In this document: positions 28,001 to 37,000 of the stretch, in pieces | How positions within the stretch are numbered: position 1 is the first letter of the stretch | Layout: the number at the start of each line of letters is the position of its first letter | Assembly (NCBI RefSeq): GCF_964355755.1 | Contig: NC_092680.1 | Span: forward strand, 18,237,045-18,301,044 | Source of the DNA: Antedon mediterranea | Lineage: Eukaryota > Animalia > Echinodermata | DNA: 64,000 bases | Direction: 5' to 3' | Notes under the pieces: generated by a model | What the model was told of the DNA's origin: nothing | What the model saw: the letters and a program-made list of their open reading frames with translations, nothing else | Database searches by the model: none | Position numbers and translations under genes: made by a program

Positions 28001-31000
28001 GGTATATTATTTATAGGCCTATAAAACATTAAAAACAATATTTCGTTACTGAGTGGATAAGAATATATTTTAAAATGATTCCTCTTTGTACCTATCTTCT
28101 TCCCCCATCCCTCAACCCTTAATGTTACATACAAAACACAAATTGGGTTTGTTTAAATGAGTCCAAATAAAAAAATTTGACTCATTTTGTTTCTCTCTCG
28201 GAAGTAATTCCCAGGGTGCTAATTTTGGTTGACTACATAAATCATTGTGTATATTTATTCGTTTCTGTAAACGACAATGTATTATAGTCCTGCGGTACGT
28301 ACATTTGAAATCTCCATTTTTTTCTCGCTGGAAATACTGTGTATTCGAGAACCATCTGTGGGCACGACCTAGATGGTACGCGAGCGAAGCGAGCGTGCCA
28401 TCTAGTGAATCACAATTAAACAAAATTTGGTACTCATAAATTTCAGGTCATATTTCATCATATGGCAATACAATTACGTGCGTAGCGCATATAACGCTTG
28501 CGTACGCGCGCTTAAAATGTTCAAAATTGTCAAAATTTATTTTCGATGAAATTAGAGTACGTTTCAGGCAATTTTAAGCGTTTAAAAAATTGCCATGAGT
28601 GCGCAGATTTTTGCACGCGCACTGCGCGTTATACGTTAATGCGCACTCTTTTTGTCCGATTTCGGTTGTACAACCTTTCTTTAATAATATCATCATATTT
28701 TATTCACTTTTCAACGCGTAATTGCCTTATACGAGCACGTCAAAAGTGACAGGCTACGCACGTGTAAGTTAACAAAATGGTGAAAATATGCTAAATTTTA
28801 AAATTAATATAGATCGTCAGAATGCTCGGGAACACATATTTTTTATTTAATTTTCTTGAAGTGTATGTATCTTATGTATGATTTATTATTAAACTAAGGG
28901 AACAAAAGTTGATTAAGCCATAATTAATTGCATATTAAATTTAAAAAAATTCATTTCGACAATCAAACAAATTATGACATTTTCTTAGGCCAAAATAACA
29001 AACTTAACATTAACTTTCTTCCTTCAAAAGTTCATATATTAAAGTTAAAAGTATATAGTTTGACAGTGCATCATTTTTGTACATTTTTAGAGATGTCACC
29101 ATAGTAAAAAATTATAATTCATTGCGGTATGTAATAATCTATCTGCACCAAAGTGGTTACTGCATAGTAAATACACGGAGGAATTTTTCTACAATTTTTA
29201 GTCAGTTGTGTATGGCTCGGTGGTGTGTGCTCGTGTCTATGGCACTGAAGGTACCGAGATCGAGTCTCACCTTGGGAAACGAAATAAATTTTTTTTTTTA
29301 TTATCCGTATTGTTTGTTCAAATTTATTTCTTAGTGTATATATTATACACATGATTTATAATGAAATCTAGATAAAAAATAACTTATGTCTTTATTATTA
29401 TGTAACAGCAAATGTGGTTTATGACATTATACGGATTGTGATACCGGCTATTGTATTCGCGTTAGCAAGGTCCTATCATATATTATATATTATTTAAAGA
29501 ATCTGAGAAAATCAATGAATCAAAATATCTTTTAAAAATAAATTATCTTTATTTTAATTATCAATGCATATAACCTATAATTCGTCATAGTGACGAATTA
29601 AATCTAGTTATTATTATTATTGGCTTTTGTTAAACAAAAATGAAATTTGAATATGGTCAATGTTCAGTACTATTTCTTTTTGTACAGCCCCCTCAATATT
29701 TCCAAGGTTCATTGGTATTTTGCAAAATTTTTTTTTTGAAAAACCCTAAATATTGCTCGAACTTGTACAAAGAAAACCTACATTTATAAAATATTGTGAT
29801 GTGAAGAACTTAATGTCACATATTTTAAAATTTTCTAAATGTATGGGTCAACTTTTTAAAAATCCGAGAGAGGGTGTCCCATTTTAGAGAGCACATAAAT
29901 ATGCATTATAAGAGGCGCTATGACTGTAATGATAGTTTAAAATTCACACAGAGAATAAAGTAACTTTTTAGGATTCGAACACATACCTTCTCGCTTGTCA
30001 AGAACTTGGCAAAATAAACTTGATCTTTGCCTTGCTTTTGCAGCTTCTGCGATGCCTGATGTTTTCTTTTTGACCCTTGGACAGAGTCTAGTTTTAAACT
30101 TGAAAATGCATCCAGTACAACTTTGGAATACTGTTGGTACAAACAAAAATATGATCAAACATAGATTATTAAGTAATTATAGAACTAGAGTCATCTACAA
30201 AATAATCACAGCTCAAAAATGTGATCAATCATGGAGAGGGACCATTTCAAACATCAGCTGATCATAAAAAAAATGTTGAGGTCTTTGCTTGCTTGGTCGT
30301 TATTTGGTGTTGTAAGACTAAGTTTTTATCTGTGTTTATTTCAATTTTTATGTTATCTATTTGTTCACTCATAATTGACTGAACTTGTTTGATTAAATAA
30401 ATAAATAATATATAAATAATATCATTGTTGCATCAAAAATTGATCAGAAAACTTAAAATGTAATTATTAAGGAACAGGACTCGTGACTGTTGCCAGTATA
30501 TTACCATCAACTTGCTTCAATCTTTAGTATATTTACAGACTTTTCTTAAATAATATGCAAGCATGAAAATGTGTAATATTGTGTTATTTTTATTGTATGC
30601 ATGAATCAGGTATTAGAACAAATTTAATCATAAACCTTATCAACATCTCTAAGTTATGGTTTAATATATTATATCATGCGTAGTGTCGTCTTATTACATT
30701 TACAAACACCCATTTATTCTATAGACTACACATCTGAGAATGACTTTTATATGGAAAACCCTTTTTATTAACTTTACACTTCTTTATCATTCAATAGACA
30801 TTAATTACATGATTTGATTTGTGTATTATAAAAAAACACAACTATGTTCTAGTAACGTTAACTAGATATTTTGATAGTATTTTATGAATTGAGTGCCTAG
30901 CTTACACATGGGACAGATGAATGTGAAGGAAAATAAATCAGGTTGAAATTAATGTTATCTAAAGGTGATATTTTATATATGCTATAAACGCAATTTATAA

Positions 31001-34000
31001 GCCTTGTAGATGCAATCTACAAGACATGTTTACTGCTATAAAACATTAGGGTGCTTTTGTTATTACAACGCACCACTTGACTACAGCTGTCATGTAACAA
31101 GTTATTCTGAGCATGCTCAGAAACATAACAAGCATGTATGATTTTTTTCTTGACAGCTGCATAGATGAGTGGTGAAAATGAAATCTCCCTATAAAGATTT
31201 ATAGGAGACTGCTGTAATTTTATTGTTTATCCTGTTCTAACTGGTTCTAAATTGGTTTTCTTTTTTCAGTTTTTTTTTCTTTTTGCAAATTTTTTTGTTG
31301 GTTTTAGTTTTATGGTTGCATTTCTCATGGTTTTTACAAGCGCCTTGAGCCCTTTGTGGATATGTGCGCTCTATAAATCTTATTATTAACAAATGCTGTA
31401 TGCTATATATGCAAGGCTCAATTTACTGTCAGAGAATACAATAAACAATAAAAACGTACATTTCTTAAGTGGTAAATTAGAACAAATTTTCATTATAACA
31501 CTCAACAGCATTTAGATTGGGCTAGAATAATAATAATAATACCACATTTATATAGCGCCCTTTTCATAAGTAATCATGCTCAAAGGCGCTTTACAAGCAT
31601 TATTACCCCAGTATTTTTTTGGGATCAAACACGTATGGAAACATACTCCCATAATGCAGCCGGTAACCAGCGCAAAGTTGTGTCTAGATCTAACTGGGTA
31701 CCCATTTATACACCTGGGTGGAGAGAGGCAACGTAAGTAAAGTATCTTGCCTACGGATACAAGCAATGCGGCGAGAGTTGGATTCGAACCTAGGTCTGAC
31801 AATCGGTAGTCCAACGTCCAACACACTGCGCCACACGCCCTTACTAGAACATTAGCTTGTGGGTTAGTATCAAGCTACTTCAGGGAACAATAATAATAAT
31901 AATCAAATAAAGAACAGCGCAGATAGGTTTTAGTATATAACGTAAAATGTTTATTTTTTAAAATAAAAGTGCAATTGTATTTTCCAAAATTTTGTATTAA
32001 TATTCTTAATATTGTAAATTACAGTGAATAATTGTGAAATTTTGTAATTGTATTTTCCGAATTTATTGTTGTATTTTTATAGATTTCGTTTCAATATTTT
32101 TTATTATAATACAAACATTATTAGCTATGTGCTTTTGTAAATTTTATATTTACCGTAATAAATAAATAAAAAAACAAGGTAAACCAAGCATGCGGATATC
32201 TATGTCACTAAACCTGTCTTACTTTTGTTGAATGTTTAAATGTTATAATTTTTTTTAATAAAGTGTTTTATTAAATTTTACCTACAGTATACTATCAATA
32301 TGAAATGTTCATTAAACTGATTGCTATAATTATATGATAGTAAATATTAAATGCATAATTTACGATGATGTTTACTTACTTTCTGAAATTGCCTCCATTT
32401 TTCTTTTTTATAACACTGAGTAGGATTGCGAAAGAAATCCTGAAGAGACCAGAATTTCCTGTATAGAATGTAGTCAATTGGTTTCTCTGTCTTACTAGCC
32501 TCTGGCACAGACACATCCATATTGGAATTATCTAACTGAAAATATAATAATATTTTGACAGTTTGTCTGTCAGTCCAGTTGCTATGACAGTTAGTTTCAT
32601 TATAAGATAATAGTCTACCAATCCCAATATAATAGAATAGAGTGGTTCATTTTTTTTGGGTGTAAATTTCACATAACAATCTTTAAATATTACTGTACAT
32701 CTCACACAGGAAGTGGTTTGTACTGCAAGCGTTCCAGAAACTTTTATATGGCGGCCTACTAAACACGGTTCCAAGAAGAAGCCACGGCCAGCCCTCAGCA
32801 TTACCTCTGTCCACTACTGTACCTCAGCCCCACCATTGTTGGTAAGCTGAGGTAAGAACATTTAGGTCACCGGATATTGCACATGTTTGGGAGGGTAAAA
32901 ATTGCACTGATCTACTAGTCAAAGCTAAGAAATTTCAGCGCAGCTCGAGTCTCCTCAAAACACACAGGACATCATGACACTGTGTCCACCAAAGGATTTT
33001 ACATTATACAGTTTCGCGATTTGATTCATGGACAAAACAACACAACACAAAATCTGAAGATTCAATATTTTTTTCAATTCCATAAATGTTTTGCGGCCCA
33101 TCCTAATTTGCAGAACATCAGTCTATGGTGGACCATCCCGGTGAATTGCTATAAGCTTAGTATATATGTCAAAATATTTTTTAAGCCACTATACTAATAA
33201 AATATATACAAACTTTTATGGAAACCAAAATGTATTTTCCATTCAAGAGTGTTTTTATATTCAACAACACTTTATTAAACTGAGAAAAGCTTATTTTATC
33301 TATCTTTATAATGGTACTTACTGATAGTGAGACATCCGAATCTGTTGTATTGAAGGTGGTTACATTGGCCAAGTTAAACTGACTCATAAGATTTAGACCT
33401 GCAACAAATACAATTAAACAAGATATGCTTTAAAAATTGTCTAAATGATCTCTGATTGACAGATGAACCTAGACATTTAAAAGAATGTGATGTACCCATA
33501 TATGGACATGATGATGTCATATTTGGGCATACCACTAACATATTTGGGCACATCACACTTTTTTGTCAAACTAGTTTGATAGTGTAGACAGAGCTTTATG
33601 TAAGATTGTACAAACATGAAGATGATTTATACTGACCTGATCTTTCATCTAATGGAAAGAATCTTGCCAGAAAAAGTTGAATTCTTCCACAAAACACAGT
33701 ATTTTGGGATTTTGATAACCGTCTTAACAAATCTGAAAGAAAAAATAAAAACAGTTGAATATAATTATCTAATATACTGCAAAATATTGTAAAGCTCTGC
33801 CTACATCAAACTAGTTTGAAAAAAAAAGTGTGAAATGCTCAAATATGGTGTTGATGTGCCCAAATATAGTAATGATATGACATCATCATATCCATATATG
33901 GGCACATTTTTTTGTCACATAAAGTTTGATAGTGTAGACAAGGCTTAACATTTTCTTCACATTTCTTTTGTGATTATATAATTATTAATTTACAGAAGAT

Positions 34001-37000
34001 CAAAGACAAAACAATTTAAAGCATCCTACTGTAGGCATGTAACACATTAAAAAAAATGTGATGTAACCATATATGGACATGATGATGTCATATTTTGGCA
34101 TACCACTACCAAATTTGGGCATACCACTACCATATTTGGGCATATCACTACCATATTTGGGCATACCACTACCATATTTGGGCTGAAAATTTCATAATAT
34201 TATTACCGTTACACATTCTCAGGATGTAATTTCTACCAGCTACATAAAAGGTATCCTGAAAGAAAAAACAAAATTAATTTATTATTTTTGTTATACTTAT
34301 TTTTATGTCATACACATCCAAACCATATTGTGATAAGTGTCATTTGAGGATTGGGGAGTGTAGTAGAAACAATTACACCTCTAGTACTAGGTCAGAATTG
34401 AGCCCTGAATTTTGGGGTTGGAAGGTAAGCATGTTAACAACCAAGCTACAGCACTAATAGAAAAAAACGCATTTCTAAAAACACACCTAAAAAGCCGAAG
34501 AACTTTGATAAATCGCGGATTAATACTATATAATACTGTACTAATAGGGGCGCTGCTCTACAACTAGAAAAACTACTCCTAGCAACCTCTAACATCTAGT
34601 CATTGCCAGATGAATATTTGTTTAAAACAAGTCGAAACGTCACACAGTTACGTATTTATTAATGGTTTAACGTAAAGAATTGTATACGGATACAGTAGTT
34701 AATATAAAACCAGATGAACATATTTTTTGAACACACCTAATGTTGAACATTATCTTTATCTGAACTTTGAACTCACCGATTTCCAAACCATAACCTGAGC
34801 TTCAACAAACTTAAACACTTCTTTGCATGTTTCTATGGTAACAGTATCAAAGAGATCCCCTAGCAACAGGAAAGGCGTGTAGGCCGAGGCAAGAGAATTT
34901 TCAACCGCATCGATGGACAATTGTATGACACGTAGATATTCACTATGCTGGCATTCTTCAACCTAAATGGATAAGTTGGATAAGTTCAGTTGGTCTACAG
35001 CATTGTTCAAACAAAATAAATAAACATCAATATTCATTGCGATACTGTAATATTTACGTATCATCAGATGAAACTATAATTAATTGTGGAAGGAAAAACA
35101 TTTTTTTTTCCTTCACATGCATCCAACAGCGAGTGACTCGCCAATTACAGGATGGATAAACTATTTAATACTCTATCATGCTTTTAAACTAAGTCTCATT
35201 TGAGGCTTAGGGAGTGGCGTTGAAAGAGTCGTGTGTTATAACACTGGCAGTATGTCAGGATTGAACCCTGGACCTTAGGATTAGAAGGCAAGCACATTAA
35301 CCACCAAGCTACAGCTCCACTAATACTGTTACCAATTTTGTCTTAGTAATAAAAATTGTTTAACATATAGAAGAAAATGTCCCTTTTTTAAACATTTAAA
35401 TATAGTTGCTTAGTAGTGGTTGCAATGGCTGAATGGAGTGGTCACTTGTTTTATGAGTGGCCGGTGGCTAATGGAGTGGTCACTTGTTTTATGAGTGGCC
35501 GGTGGCTAATGGAGTGGTCACTTGTTTTATGAGTGGCCGGTGGCTAATTGGATATTTCAGTTTAGTTGGGTGTTTTAGTCACAACTACTGTAATATTTAA
35601 ATTATTTGATACTTACAACTAATTTCCATAACACATCCCGAAATGCTTGGTCCAAAGCAGGTTTTTTTTCATTGTCACTAAAATATAAATATAAATATAT
35701 GAAAAACAGATACATAACATTTTGGTATTATTTTATACATTTTTTGTTAAATTAATTTATGCACCTATCTTAGGAGTTAGTAAAAATTTACAATTAAAAA
35801 AAAATATTCAATCTAAAAAAATAAAATATTTAAGGCCATACATGCATTTTAAAAATAAGGAATACTTTAAATAAAAGAACAAGGAGATGTTGGTAGAGGG
35901 ATAATGGAGTAAAGGCTCCGTGTTCATTCTGAATGGAATGATCTGTTATTAGAAACTCATTTTACTAAGCCGAATTCATTTACAAATCTTAGGTCTGCTA
36001 ACAGTACGTTTTCTGGCCCAGACTTCTGTACGTTGACAAAACGTAATTCATGTATGTTTTTTTAAACATCCTTATGATTGTCCTGTGAGTTTGAGCATTT
36101 AAAGTTATTAGCTCAATCAAACAAATGCCACAATAATGAACTCCCTGGGTGATTCTGTAATAAGATTGCAGTTTTAATGAACATGACATTCAAACCACAC
36201 AGGTACTTCGCAATAACAGACATTTCGAATGAACTTTTGCCTAATAGTTGATTATGACAATAAATGTAGGCTCAATGTTTAATCTTTTCATGGATTGTAA
36301 ATGTGCAATCCACAGGATAATCGCTTTCAAAATCTTCTACCCACTCTGGTAGTGTGGAGTCACTAATTCAAGGCGATGGATGTACACTGAGTGAGAGTGG
36401 AACATTTTTTCACCGCGTAAAATCCATTGATAAAAACTCTTGTATAAACAGAGGCATACTGTATGTGGAAAAATGGTGGCTATGCTTATACACTGTGGTG
36501 TCTTTTTCGATGAATTTTAGGCAATCATAATAATTGTTCTAATTTTGTTCCCATCATACAGGGATGTATACCAATCTTTTAAGAACATTTTATGATTTTT
36601 TTTAACATGGTGTCTATAAATCCCCGGAAAACACTACATAATTTTGGTTTTTTATGCTCGGCTAGTCTAACTGTTTGTCATCTCTGCAAGTATGGCTTCC
36701 GTAGCTCACGAAAATCTTATAATCTTTGTCAAGCCTACCTCCCATCGAGTGATGCAGTAGATTCAACAAGTCCTTTTAGATCTTTGTTGGGTAATGCAGA
36801 CTGTATAGCTACCTACAGAAAATAAATGTACAGTGTATTATCTATCTGTAAAATTAAACTTCACTCTCAATGTGATCATAGGGGATGTGCAAATCAAAAA
36901 GTCCCTAATGGCTAATAAATACTGTTCTGTATTTGCAGTCTACACTACAGTTTATATACAGATCAGTCAGAGTAGTTATTAGTAAAAAGGATGTACCCCA

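Larger units (their letters stand above)
25118..29607 (+). mobile_element. Non-autonomous Helentron (HINE) family 1, outer copy
   Basis: 5' TAGGTTATATGCAT subTIR plus inverted copy; 3' ATGCATATAACCTA, hairpin AATTCGTCA-TAG-TGACGAATT, CTAG; interrupted by two insertions. Confidence 0.8.

Noticed and set aside
25572-29352. Duplicated ORFs (25572, 26148, 28546, 29077)
   Set aside because: They lie within two copies of a non-autonomous HINE; no Rep or helicase motifs
32691-33145. Telomerase RNA, U17/snR30, RNase P/MRP, 7SK or group I/II intron identity
   Set aside because: No CUAACCCU template, no AUAUUCCUA m1 (only AAACCAC, m2-like), no P4 CR-I/CR-V, no paired GAUC motifs, no domain V or P7 consensus
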